Assembly: GCA_041752695.1 (NCBI GenBank)
Contig: JBGSVZ010000129.1
Location: 1 to 19,090 of the forward strand
DNA length: 19,090 nt
DNA from: Terrimicrobiaceae bacterium
Lineage (GTDB): Bacteria > Verrucomicrobiota > Verrucomicrobiia > Chthoniobacterales > Terrimicrobiaceae
Direction of reading: 5' to 3'
The notes beneath the pieces are model-generated. The model was not told where the DNA came from and did not search any database. It saw nothing but the letters and a program-made list of their open reading frames with translations. The translations under genes and the position numbers were made by a program. Positions within the stretch are counted from its first letter, which is position 1. Each line of letters starts with the position of its first letter. Shown here piece by piece: positions 1 through 9,121 of this stretch.

Positions 1-1
1 C

Positions 2-598
2 GCCGCCGATCCCGACGCACCCATCACGTGGTATGGAGAGTCGAAACTGGCGCTGGAACGCGCCGCCCGAGCGGAGTTTCCCACTCGCGGCATCACGATT
101 CTCCGGCCGCCCATGATCCTCGGCGCGCGCGATGCCGCCACGCTCCCGCTGTTCCAAATGGCCCGGGGGCTTCTGCGCATCAAACCGGGATTTGGGGCAA
201 AGATGTATAGTTTTGTCGACGTTAACGATATGGTCGAAGCGGTGACAATGGCCTTGCAAGCCGAACCCTTCCTTCCTGCTCTTGCGGTTGCGGCCCCGGC
301 CCCGATCTCCGATTGGGAACTGATCGCGACCGCCGCCGCGGTCTCCGGGGGCAGGGGATGGACGCTCCCGGTGCCGCAGGCGGCCGTCCGAGTGCTTTCT
401 CTCGTGGTAGACGCCGTGCCCTCGCTGCGCGCCAAAACACCGAGTCTCACCCGGGACCGCGCTAAAGATATCTGGGAAGCGCGGTGGGTGGTGGATGCGG
501 CGGAATTTTCCCGGCTGACCGGATGGACCGCGAGGGTTGGTTTGAGGGAGTCGCTCCAATTGGCCTGGGACTATTACCGCAAGGAGGGCGTGCTTTGA
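2..598 (+). CDS. NAD-dependent epimerase/dehydratase (extended SDR), 5'-truncated by the window edge
   Basis: The frame is open from position 2 and reads ...PITWYGESKLALERAARAEF...ITILRPPMILGARD...YSFVDVND. This has the YxxxK catalytic motif and the RP..(I)G..D and FVDVxD segments typical of extended SDRs. It is in frame with ORF 113..598. Confidence 0.85.
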   Translation, partial: AADPDAPITWYGESKLALERAARAEFPTRGITILRPPMILGARDAATLPLFQMARGLLRIKPGFGAKMYSFVDVNDMVEAVTMALQAEPFLPALAVAAPAPISDWELIATAAAVSGGRGWTLPVPQAAVRVLSLVVDAVPSLRAKTPSLTRDRAKDIWEARWVVDAAEFSRLTGWTARVGLRESLQLAWDYYRKEGVL

Positions 599-1314
599 AA
601 CGCGGCCTGCTTATTGCTGGTTTGATCATGGTGGCCGCGGTGGTGATCTGGCTCTGGCGGGGACGTGCGCGCCCGGTGCCTCTCCCTCCGAAACCCCGCA
701 CGGTCGCGGATGTGCTGGCCGCCATCGGGCCGGAAGTGGACGCGCGACTGCGGCCTGCCTTCCGAAAAGCGGGTGTGGCCTATCCGCCCTCCCGGCTGGC
801 GATCCTGGCCTTCAAGCGGGAGAAACGCCTCGAACTTTACGCTGCCGACGGAGCCGGGCCATTTCGCTTCGTCCGTTTTTATCCCATCCTGGCCGCCAGC
901 GGGGGTGATGGTCCGAAACTCCGCGAAGGCGACCTTCAGGTTCCCGAAGGGTTCTACCGCATCGAGCTTCTCAACCCCAACAGTCGCTATCATTTGTCCC
1001 TGCGGGTCAATTATCCCAACGCCGAGGACGTCGCCAATGCCCTCGCGGAGGGTCGCGATCCCGCCGGCCTGGGCGGCGACATCATGATTCACGGAGGCTC
1101 TGCTTCGTTGGGATGTCTGGCCATGGGGGATCCGGCCTCCGAAGACCTCTTCATCCTTGCCGCGCACACCGGCCTGGAGGCCATCGAGGTGCTCATCGCG
1201 CCGGGAGATCTCCGGCAGCCGGCGGGGGAGGGGGAAACGCTGGATCGTGAGTCCCGGAGAAACCAACGGCTTTCCGCCGCCCTCCATAAATTCCCGTCAC
1301 AACCAGTTGATTAA
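595..1314 (+). CDS. L,D-transpeptidase (YkuD domain, YafK/DpaA-like) with N-terminal membrane anchor
   Basis: Contains GPKLREGDLQVPEGFY, NPNSRYHLSLRVNYPN and the catalytic DIMIHGGSASLGCLAM (HxxxxSxGC). The TTG start at 595 overlaps the upstream stop (TTGA), and the N-terminus is hydrophobic. Confidence 0.9.
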   Translation: MKRGLLIAGLIMVAAVVIWLWRGRARPVPLPPKPRTVADVLAAIGPEVDARLRPAFRKAGVAYPPSRLAILAFKREKRLELYAADGAGPFRFVRFYPILAASGGDGPKLREGDLQVPEGFYRIELLNPNSRYHLSLRVNYPNAEDVANALAEGRDPAGLGGDIMIHGGSASLGCLAMGDPASEDLFILAAHTGLEAIEVLIAPGDLRQPAGEGETLDRESRRNQRLSAALHKFPSQPVD

Positions 1315-1384
1315 GTTTTTGGAGTTGCACTTCTTTTCGAACGGTGGTCTTCCTTACACTGCCCGCGTCCACTTTTTATTTCCT

Positions 1385-2998
1385 ATGAAGCCCCAAAGTT
1401 CCCTGTCCCATTTCGGTTCCGCCGCCGCCCTTGCTCTGTTGTTGGCGGGCCAGAATCTGGCCTCGGCCGCTTCCGTCACCTACACTGGCACGAGTGCGAA
1501 GGGCAAATGGAACACCGCTTCCAACTGGAGCCCGGCGACTGTCCCCGTGGCAGGCGACGATGTCTTTGTGATCCAGTCGGGAAACCGCAATATCGTGATC
1601 GACCTGAATGCCACCTATGGGGCGCCGGGTCTCAACTCCCTGCTGTTGAATGGCGAGGGGGCAGGCAATGTCACGGTCAATTCCTCCAAAGCCTTCACGG
1701 TCAGTGGCACGTCGACGATTGCATCTTTCGGCAAGGGGTCCTTCAACCAGAACCAGGGCAACCACAGCTTGGGTGCGCTGGTACTTGGGGCATCCGACAA
1801 AACCGACTTGGGCACGTATACCCTGAAAAAGGGAACTCTTTCCGTCGCGGCGGACCTTGAGTTGGGATTGGCCGGTCAGGGTGTTTTCACTCACCGCAGA
1901 GGATCGGTCAGTGTGGGAAACGATCTCACCCTCGCCGCGGACGTGGCGGCCGTGGGAAGCTACACGCTAAATGGGGGGACGCTCAACGTGCAGGGCGTGA
2001 CCAGCATTGGCGTGTTGGGAGAGGCTTTTTTTAACCAATCCCGGGGCACAAGCACGCATTTCTCGCTCGAGGTGGGCGCCGGGGCCGGGGGCGAAGGGAC
2101 GGTGAATTTGACGGGCGGCACGATCCGCTCGGATACGACGATTGTCGGAGTGGCGGGCACGGGGCAGTTTTTCCAATCCGGCGGCACGCATACCGTGAGT
2201 GGTGATCTGGTTCTGGGTTCGACCGTCGCTGGCTCGGGTGATTACACTCTGTCCAAGGGCACGCTGACTGTCGGCGGCAAACTTTTCATCGGGGAAAATG
2301 GGACAGGTCAGTTTTCCCAGTCCGGGGGCAAGGTTACTGCCACAGGTGGTGTTGTCGTGAATGACGGAGAATATCTCGTGAGCGACGCGTCGTTGACCGC
2401 CGGGGGCATTACGGTGGGGGACAATGGAAGTTTTGTCGTGTCGGGATCGACGAGCCGGATTCGGACCACCGATGATCTCGTTTTTAGTGATGCCGCAGGG
2501 ATCACCACCACGGAGGCGGACCTCGTCATTGCCAAAAATTCCGACGTCAATCTGAGCGTTTTGCAGGATGATATCGGAAAAGACGCCACAGGCTTCGACA
2601 GTGACTACGCCTGGAAGTCCATCACGTTGGAGAACAACATCACCCTCTCCCTGACGGGCACAGCCACGCAGTCAGCGCTTTACGTGGACCAGATCGACAT
2701 CGGGCTTAACAGCCTGTTCCGCATCGATTCCTACGTCATCGGCAACGGCATGAATATTTATTACAATGCCGACAACGAGGAGAACCGGTATCTGGCTGGG
2801 TTGAGCTATAACCTGGGCAATGGCGGCCGGTTGATTGGAATTTCTGAGGAAATGGCGGCGTCGGCCTCCGGCACGCTCTCCGAGTCCTCGTCCAGCTCCC
2901 CCACGTTCGGAGCTGTGCCCGAGTCCTCTACCTGGGGTCTCGTCCTGCTCGGTCTGGTGGCGATGATTTTCCGCCGCCGGTTCCTAGTGGCGCGTTGA
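1385..2998 (+). CDS. Secreted Gly-rich beta-helix-repeat protein with PEP-CTERM-type sorting signal (VPES variant)
   Basis: Signal peptide MKPQSS...LASA, then a WNTASNWSP motif and ~47-aa repeats (G.F.Q.GG...L.LG...G.YTL.GGTL.V). C-terminus is VPESSTWGLVLLGLVAMIFRRRFLVAR (TM helix plus Arg cluster). Confidence 0.85.
   Translation: MKPQSSLSHFGSAAALALLLAGQNLASAASVTYTGTSAKGKWNTASNWSPATVPVAGDDVFVIQSGNRNIVIDLNATYGAPGLNSLLLNGEGAGNVTVNSSKAFTVSGTSTIASFGKGSFNQNQGNHSLGALVLGASDKTDLGTYTLKKGTLSVAADLELGLAGQGVFTHRRGSVSVGNDLTLAADVAAVGSYTLNGGTLNVQGVTSIGVLGEAFFNQSRGTSTHFSLEVGAGAGGEGTVNLTGGTIRSDTTIVGVAGTGQFFQSGGTHTVSGDLVLGSTVAGSGDYTLSKGTLTVGGKLFIGENGTGQFSQSGGKVTATGGVVVNDGEYLVSDASLTAGGITVGDNGSFVVSGSTSRIRTTDDLVFSDAAGITTTEADLVIAKNSDVNLSVLQDDIGKDATGFDSDYAWKSITLENNITLSLTGTATQSALYVDQIDIGLNSLFRIDSYVIGNGMNIYYNADNEENRYLAGLSYNLGNGGRLIGISEEMAASASGTLSESSSSSPTFGAVPESSTWGLVLLGLVAMIFRRRFLVAR
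2864..2998 (+). repeat. 135-bp direct repeat copy 1 (linker plus PEP-CTERM tail)
   Basis: Matches 4834..4968 at 130/135 positions by manual alignment. Confidence 0.95.
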
Positions 2999-3026
2999 GC
3001 GACCTCTTTCCGCGGGAAGAGGGCGC
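2999..3026 (+). terminator. Intergenic stem-loop (weak terminator or mRNA-stabilising hairpin)
   Basis: cctctttc-cgcg-ggaagagg directly after the stop codon, with only a weak pyrimidine tail. Confidence 0.35.
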
Positions 3027-3171
3027 CCTTCCTTCCAAGGATTTTCGAAAAAGTTTCTTGGCAACTGGTTGGCGGTTGTTTTGGGGTTTGCCACACGGAG
3101 GGAAACGTGATGTTTCATGCCTTGAGAGAGAGGAGTTTTTCCTTTCGTCTCGAACAAATTATTCGCTGATC

Positions 3172-4968
3172 ATGAAACTGCCCTACTTCCGACTTTGCTT
3201 AGCTCCGCTTGCGGGGGTCTTGCTGACCTTGCCCAATGCCGGGTTTTCGGCCTCTTTGACTTATACGGGGGCCAGCGGCAAGTGGAGTCTTGCCTCGAAT
3301 TGGAGTCCCGCGGTGGTTCCTTCCAACGGAGATGATGTCTTTCTTGTCCAGTCCGGCAACAAGGGCATCTCGGTGAATCTGGTGACGCCCTATTCGGCGC
3401 CCGGTCTGAACTCCCTTTTGATCAACGGTTCGGGCAATGGCAACATGACCTTAAATTCCTCGAAGACCTTCGCGGTCAGCGGGACGGAAATTATTGGATC
3501 TTCCGGCAAGGGCACGTTCATCCAGAAGAATGGTGCGCACACCGCGGGCGGCATGATTCTTGGCGCTTCCGGCACGACGGCTTCCGGAGATTTTGAGATC
3601 AAGAAAGGCAGCCTGACTGTGGCTTCGGATTTGATCGTCGGCAGTCTGGGTCGCGGGGAATTTGTCCAGCGCGCCGGCAATGTGACGGCGGGCTCGGACC
3701 TGGTGTTGGGAGAGCAGGCGACCGCGGTGGGATATTACACCCAGAACAACGGAACCCTGACCGTGGCGGGGTCGACGATGGTTGGCGATCAGGGTGCGGG
3801 ATCCTTCAAGCAAACCCGCGGCACCAGCAATCACGCTTCGCTGGAGGTGGCCGTGGGCGCTGATTCCGAAGGGCTCGTTACTCTGACAAAAGGCTCCATG
3901 AATTCCGCCTCCGCGGTCATTGGTAACGGGGGAGAGGGAGAGTTTCGGCACGACAATGGAACGCACACGGTTCAGTCGAACTTGGTGCTGGGGGCATCTC
4001 TGGGAGGCGAAGGGGAATACACTCTGAACGCCGGAACGCTGGAGGCCGAAAGCAATGTCATTGTGGGACAGGCCGGCGGGAGCGGAAAGTTCACGTATTC
4101 CGGGGGAAAAATGATCGTGGGGGGACAGGTGGTGGTGAATGCCGGTTCCTTTACGGTGGGGAGTGCCACTTTGGAAACGAATGGCATTACTGTCGGAGCT
4201 GGTGCGACGTTTGTGGCGAGTGGTTCGGGCTCCCGCATCCGGACCACGGGAGATTTTCTCTTCGGTGAAACCGCCACCGTGAATACCTCCGGGGCTGAGC
4301 TTGTGATTGCCCGGGACGCGGATGTAACTCTCAGTGTCACTGGCGACGTTCAGGAGGGATATGCTTTTCAGAAACTGACGTTGGAGAGGGATGTCGTCCT
4401 GACGCTGGACGGGTCGATCGGCGACGCCCTTTACGTTGATGTGATCAGTCTGGGGAGCAACAATCCCTTCCGGCTCGAGTCGATCATCATCGGGAACGGG
4501 ACGGACATTTATTACAATGCGACGAGCGAGGAAAATGCCTACCTCCTGGGACTTCGTTATGATCTCGGCAATGGAGGGCAGCTGATTCCCCGTAATAAAA
4601 CTCCGGATGCCTCGCTGGCGGGCTCGGGGAGCTTGGTTAAGGTCGGTGCAGGCAGCCTGACGATCAGTGCCGGGGCCAGCTTTGAATTCGGCTCGACCGT
4701 GCTTTCAGGCAGCTATGATCTTGTAACCGTCGAAGGCCTTTCCAGTGTGCTCATCGATGGGGCATTGGTGCCGTTTGATTTTCTGGCCAATGAGTTCAAT
4801 ATGGATGTCGGCGCCTGGACGATTGAGAGCTACGCCTCCGGCACGCTCTCCGAGTCCTCGTCCAGCTCCCCCACGTTCGGAGCTGTGCCCGAGCCCTCCA
4901 CCTGGGGTCTCGTCCTGCTCGGTCTGGTGGCGATGATTTTCCGCCGCCGGTTCGCGGTGGCGCGTTGA
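3172..4968 (+). CDS. Secreted beta-helix-repeat PEP-CTERM protein, paralog of 1385..2998, with an extra autotransporter-type beta-strand repeat
   Basis: Signal peptide MKLPYFRL...GFSA. Collinear with the upstream paralog (WSLASNWSP, DDVFLVQSGN, APGLNSLL, IGNGTDIYYNA..EEN.YL.GL.Y.LGNGG.LI). Carries an extra segment with LAGSGSLVKVGAGSLTISAG. C-terminus is VPEPSTWGLVLLGLVAMIFRRRFAVAR. Confidence 0.9.
   Translation: MKLPYFRLCLAPLAGVLLTLPNAGFSASLTYTGASGKWSLASNWSPAVVPSNGDDVFLVQSGNKGISVNLVTPYSAPGLNSLLINGSGNGNMTLNSSKTFAVSGTEIIGSSGKGTFIQKNGAHTAGGMILGASGTTASGDFEIKKGSLTVASDLIVGSLGRGEFVQRAGNVTAGSDLVLGEQATAVGYYTQNNGTLTVAGSTMVGDQGAGSFKQTRGTSNHASLEVAVGADSEGLVTLTKGSMNSASAVIGNGGEGEFRHDNGTHTVQSNLVLGASLGGEGEYTLNAGTLEAESNVIVGQAGGSGKFTYSGGKMIVGGQVVVNAGSFTVGSATLETNGITVGAGATFVASGSGSRIRTTGDFLFGETATVNTSGAELVIARDADVTLSVTGDVQEGYAFQKLTLERDVVLTLDGSIGDALYVDVISLGSNNPFRLESIIIGNGTDIYYNATSEENAYLLGLRYDLGNGGQLIPRNKTPDASLAGSGSLVKVGAGSLTISAGASFEFGSTVLSGSYDLVTVEGLSSVLIDGALVPFDFLANEFNMDVGAWTIESYASGTLSESSSSSPTFGAVPEPSTWGLVLLGLVAMIFRRRFAVAR
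4834..4968 (+). repeat. 135-bp direct repeat copy 2 (linker plus PEP-CTERM tail)
   Basis: Matches 2864..2998 at 130/135 positions. Confidence 0.95.
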
Positions 4969-5028
4969 ACGGGGTCGGCGGGATTTCTTCCTCTCGAATG
5001 TCGGAGGTTGATCCGCAGTCGAAAGCGC

Positions 5029-6828
5029 TCAGTCCGCTTTGGGCTTCCAGTAGAACATGATGGTGATCCCGATGCAGATGCCGAGCGATCCGATCCATTT
5101 CAGCATCCAGCCGGGGTCGTAGAGCACCTGGAGGGTGGTCTCGTTCAGGTCGCGCGGGTTCCATTCCGCCTGGGAGAATTTGTAATTGATCCCGGTGAGG
5201 TTGGCTCCGACGGTGCCGGGGAAGCTGGCCGGCTGGTTCATGCGCGCGAGGCCGGTTTTGGTCTCGCCGGTTTTTGAATCCCGAAACTCCACGGTCGCGC
5301 GAAAATCCGCCGGGGTTTCCGTTCCTTCGTCCCGGGGCACGTCAAAATTCAGCAACCGCATCGAGAAGGGCAGGCTTTTGGGTTCGAGACCATACCCGAT
5401 GCGCACGTCGGTGCGTCCGTCACTGAGGGGGACCAACTGCCCGGACTCGACCCAGCGATCAGGTCCGCGCTGGCCGTCCGGGGAAACGAGGTGGGCGCGA
5501 AATCCCGGGATCCCCTGCTCGCCCTTTGGGAGTTCCGGTCCGGGCGCGACTTCGTTCGTCACCACCGCTTTGGGCAGGGCGTCAATCACCTTGGCCTGCC
5601 AGTCGGCCCAGCCCAGATTAAACGACTCGCCAGTTTTGGCCGTTCCCGACGCATAGACCTGACCGCCCCGCCGGAGCTGGTAGGCGATGCCGTTTTCCGC
5701 CGGGGCGATGGTGAGGGAGGGTTTGACGTCCGCGGGGCCGGCTTTGGTGATGCGAACCAGGGCGGCGGGATTGTTGGGCGCCTCCGAGCGGCTCACCGGC
5801 TGTCCATTTTCCATGGCGAAATCCGCCCAATATTTTTCCACCGTGACTGTCGCGTCCGCCTCAGTGATGGGCTGGCCGAGGATGTCTTTCCGCAGGTACG
5901 TCGCCCCGACGCCCGAGGCGGAAAGGATGGTGATTTTTTCGCCGTCCGCGCTCAGCCGCACGCTGGCTCCGGTGCCCTCGACGCCGGGCTGAACGACCGG
6001 GGCAAATTTCGCAAAAACCATCTGCGTTTCCTGATTCTTCGCGCCCTCGTCCTTTGGCAAAGCCGGCTGAAAAATCACCTTCGCCATGCCGAAAAAATCC
6101 TCCTCCACCGGCTGGCCGTCCTTGAGGAGCAGTGGCATGTCGAGGGACTGGGTGGCCATGGAACTCGCGAGCTTCAGCAGCACGGCCGGACCGGATCCCG
6201 GGGCGTCGGAGGCGGCGAGCTTGGGCGCGCGGATCAGGTTCAGGCTGAAATCGTCGGCCACAATCTTCAGGTTGGTCTGCGGCACGGGAAAGGTGCGCGG
6301 CTTTTTCGCGCTCGGCCGGGTGGTCTCGGCGTCAAAGTCCTTGATGTAAAACGCCGGGTCCGCCGAACTGTCCAGCCAGATGATGCTCCGACTGGTGGTG
6401 ACCCGCGAGACGGGGGGAGCGTCCTTTTTCAGCGTCACATTGCCCTCGAAGCCCATCTTCATCCCGACGACCGCCCCCGCCAGCAGGGTGATGATGCCGT
6501 AGTGGGTGACGACAAACCCGATGTGTTTTTTCTCCCAGGGCCAGCGGGTGAGGGTGACGGCAAACAGGTTCACGCATAACGCGGCCAGCCAGAGGAGAAA
6601 GAGGGGGTGTTTGTAAATGTAGGCGCGGGCGATTTTCGCGCTGAAGCCCGATTCGGCAAATGTCGCCACCGCGCAGGCAATGGCGATGGTGGCCAGCAGG
6701 ACGAGGGCAAAATTCAGCGAGCCCAGCCGGTGAATGATCCACCACGCGACCGAACGCTTCTGGCGGTTGGCGATCATCTGCCGGCGGGTGACCGCGGTTC
6801 CGGGTGCGGACGGGGCGGCGACGCTCAT
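5029..6828 (-). CDS. resB: Cytochrome c biogenesis protein ResB/Ccs1 family
   Basis: Three N-terminal TM helices (LGSLNFALVLL..., GFVVTHYGIITLLAG with the conserved His, followed by GFEG), then a large periplasmic domain. Ends with MNQPASF...YKFSQAEW...TTLQVLYDPG and a final TM helix. Start placed at MSVAAP (6828); the exact start is uncertain. Confidence 0.75.
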   Translation of the reverse strand: MSVAAPSAPGTAVTRRQMIANRQKRSVAWWIIHRLGSLNFALVLLATIAIACAVATFAESGFSAKIARAYIYKHPLFLLWLAALCVNLFAVTLTRWPWEKKHIGFVVTHYGIITLLAGAVVGMKMGFEGNVTLKKDAPPVSRVTTSRSIIWLDSSADPAFYIKDFDAETTRPSAKKPRTFPVPQTNLKIVADDFSLNLIRAPKLAASDAPGSGPAVLLKLASSMATQSLDMPLLLKDGQPVEEDFFGMAKVIFQPALPKDEGAKNQETQMVFAKFAPVVQPGVEGTGASVRLSADGEKITILSASGVGATYLRKDILGQPITEADATVTVEKYWADFAMENGQPVSRSEAPNNPAALVRITKAGPADVKPSLTIAPAENGIAYQLRRGGQVYASGTAKTGESFNLGWADWQAKVIDALPKAVVTNEVAPGPELPKGEQGIPGFRAHLVSPDGQRGPDRWVESGQLVPLSDGRTDVRIGYGLEPKSLPFSMRLLNFDVPRDEGTETPADFRATVEFRDSKTGETKTGLARMNQPASFPGTVGANLTGINYKFSQAEWNPRDLNETTLQVLYDPGWMLKWIGSLGICIGITIMFYWKPKAD

Positions 6829-6934
6829 GAACGGTAAAAAGTGGACATCAGGAAAAAGGCGGAACGTTATCCTATTCCGAAGTCGCCGTATTTCAACCAT
6901 TGGCGAACGGGGGATTTGCGCGGTAGTCTTCGCC

Positions 6935-8302
6935 ATGCCCAAGCTCAGTTCCCGCGTCCTGTGGGTTTCCCTCGCCGTCCTCGTTTCGCTCGTGGTGGTG
7001 GCGTTTTTTGTCGTTTCGTCCCGCATTCACGCCTTTCTGCGCAGTGAAGATTTTCGCAAGCTGGTCTCGGAGGAAACCGGGGACGCCTTCCACGCCGAGG
7101 CGCACTACGCGCCCCTCCGCTGGGCCGGGCCGTCGGTTTTTTCGGATTCGCTCCAGGCCACCGGAAACCCGGGATCCATCGTGGCCACGATCGAAGCCAG
7201 TCAGGTGCGCGCCGCGGTGAACTGGCGGGCCATCCTGGAGGGTGCCTGGAGGGTGGACGAGGTGGATGTGCTGAATTTTCGCGGTGTCTTTCGTCCGGGT
7301 TCTCCGGAGGCCGGCCGCGACGGGGGCGACCCTCCGGTGGCGTCCTCGGGCCTGGGCTCGCTGCTGCCCAGCCGATTTGAATTGGGCCGCCTCAACGTCG
7401 CGCAGGCCGGCCTGGAGTTTCTTGGTCAGGACGGCCGCCCGGCGGTTTCACTGGCCGATACCTCGTTAAAAGTGGAGCCCAACGGCGCCGGGTGGGAGAT
7501 TGACGGAACCAATGGAACACTCACCCTGCCGTCCCTGCCGGAGATGAAAGTGACCAGCTACCGCACGCGCATTCAGGGCGATGTGTTTTTTCTTACCGAT
7601 GCCACCCTGCGTCTCGGCGAGACGGGAAAGATCTCGGCTTCGGGCGAATTTGCCGAAGCGTCCAAACTCCGCGTCCAATGGAGTCAGGTCGACCTGGGGC
7701 CGTTTCTCTCGGCGGAATGGAAGACGCGGGTTTCGGGGATCATCGCCGGGTCATCCGATCTCGCCTGGCCTTCCTCCGGGATGGCTGAGGCCACCGCCTC
7801 CGGCACGTTCCGCGTCACCGAGGGGCTGGTGCAAAATGTTTCCACCCTCGAGGAAGTCGCCAAGTTCACCGGTGCCCCGCAATTTCGCCGCATGCCCGTG
7901 CAGGAATTTTCCGCCAATTACCAGTGGGCGGGCGGCAACCTCACCCTGACCAACCTGGTGCTCGAATCCAAGGGCCTGCTCCGCGTCGAAGGGGTCTGCA
8001 CCATCTCGGGCGCCGGAGCGGTGGCCGGAAACCTGCGCGTCGGGGTGACCCCGCAGTCGCTCCAATGGCTCCCCGGCTCGCGCGAACGGGTTTTTACCAC
8101 TGCGCAAAACGGCTACCTCTGGACCAACGTGCGCATTGGCGGGACGTTGCAGAGCATCACCGAAGACCTCTCCCCCCGCCTGGCCAATGCCATGAAGGAT
8201 GAGGTGATCAATCAGGGCGTGAAGGCGATCGAAAATCTTCCCGAAGCCACCAAGGGCGGGGTGAAAGGTGTGCTCGATATCCTTTCGCCGCTCGTGCGCT
8301 AG
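6935..8302 (+). CDS. AsmA-like membrane-anchored periplasmic protein (hypothetical)
   Basis: Single N-terminal TM helix (MPKLSSRVLWVSLAVLVSLVVVAFFVV) followed by a long beta-rich region. The C-terminal segment LTLTNLVLESKGLLRVEG...VRIGGTLQS resembles AsmA C-termini. Confidence 0.6.
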   Translation: MPKLSSRVLWVSLAVLVSLVVVAFFVVSSRIHAFLRSEDFRKLVSEETGDAFHAEAHYAPLRWAGPSVFSDSLQATGNPGSIVATIEASQVRAAVNWRAILEGAWRVDEVDVLNFRGVFRPGSPEAGRDGGDPPVASSGLGSLLPSRFELGRLNVAQAGLEFLGQDGRPAVSLADTSLKVEPNGAGWEIDGTNGTLTLPSLPEMKVTSYRTRIQGDVFFLTDATLRLGETGKISASGEFAEASKLRVQWSQVDLGPFLSAEWKTRVSGIIAGSSDLAWPSSGMAEATASGTFRVTEGLVQNVSTLEEVAKFTGAPQFRRMPVQEFSANYQWAGGNLTLTNLVLESKGLLRVEGVCTISGAGAVAGNLRVGVTPQSLQWLPGSRERVFTTAQNGYLWTNVRIGGTLQSITEDLSPRLANAMKDEVINQGVKAIENLPEATKGGVKGVLDILSPLVR

Positions 8303-8431
8303 GCGGTGCGTTGCGGGGTGGCGGCGGGGCGCGCGATTTGCGTTTCGCCCGCCCTGGGGGTATCTTAGCTAAGTCCCCCTCAACTCCCTCCCCAAAATGT
8401 TGGCATACCTGATGCTCACAACGAATTCCCG

Positions 8432-9121
8432 ATGATCCATGCGAATTGTCGGATGCGGCTGACGGCGGAGGACTTCTCCTTCATCGTCGGGGTCTTGTCG
8501 AAAACCGAAACCGATCAGGTGTCCCTGGTGAAACTCCTCACGGATGAGGATACGCGGGACGCGATTCTTGATCACGACACGCTCTCCAGCGCGATCCTGG
8601 AATCGCCGGAGCGTCTGCCCATCTCCCCGCAGCTGCTTTTTTACGTGCTCTGCCGCAAGGTGCTGCGCGACACGCCGGTAAAAAGCCGGGAGACGTCCGA
8701 CTTTGTCGCGTCGCTTCTGCATGGGTTCATGCGTTCGGCCAAAATGGACGCACCCGATGCGCATGGCGAACGCAGCATGCAATATCTCTCGGACATGATG
8801 CTGGCCCTGCGCAACGCGGGGACCCGGGAGGCCTTTTTGCTCCGGTCGCACATGGCCAACTACGCGCTCTTTGTCAGCGGGATGTTTGCCGAGAATGTGG
8901 AAAAACGCACCCAACGGCATGGCGCGCCCGACCTTTCGTTTTACGAAGCCATGGGCCAGATGAACTACCGCGCGGCCTCGGAATACCGGGAGGCGAAGAA
9001 ATTTAATCTCCAGGTCGTTTACGAAGAACTGGCGGGCGGATTTAAGGAAGCGCGTCTCGCCCTCAACAACCTCGCCACCCGCCTGCTCCATCTCGATACA
9101 CCGACGATCATCACGTCGTGA
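8432..9121 (+). CDS. Hypothetical alpha-helical protein
   Basis: 229-aa ORF with host-like codon usage and the motif HMANYALFVSGMFAE...FYEAMG. Its stop overlaps the next start (GTGA). Confidence 0.8.
   Translation: MIHANCRMRLTAEDFSFIVGVLSKTETDQVSLVKLLTDEDTRDAILDHDTLSSAILESPERLPISPQLLFYVLCRKVLRDTPVKSRETSDFVASLLHGFMRSAKMDAPDAHGERSMQYLSDMMLALRNAGTREAFLLRSHMANYALFVSGMFAENVEKRTQRHGAPDLSFYEAMGQMNYRAASEYREAKKFNLQVVYEELAGGFKEARLALNNLATRLLHLDTPTIITS

Noticed and set aside
1385..4968. Diversity-generating retroelement TR/VR pair for the 135-bp repeat
   Set aside because: Both copies are coding tails, the mismatches are not confined to adenines, and no reverse transcriptase is present.
4971..4978. ggggtcgg after the second PEP-CTERM gene as another site copy
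   Set aside because: Only a 7/8 match to the core with no downstream similarity, which is expected by chance in GC-rich DNA.
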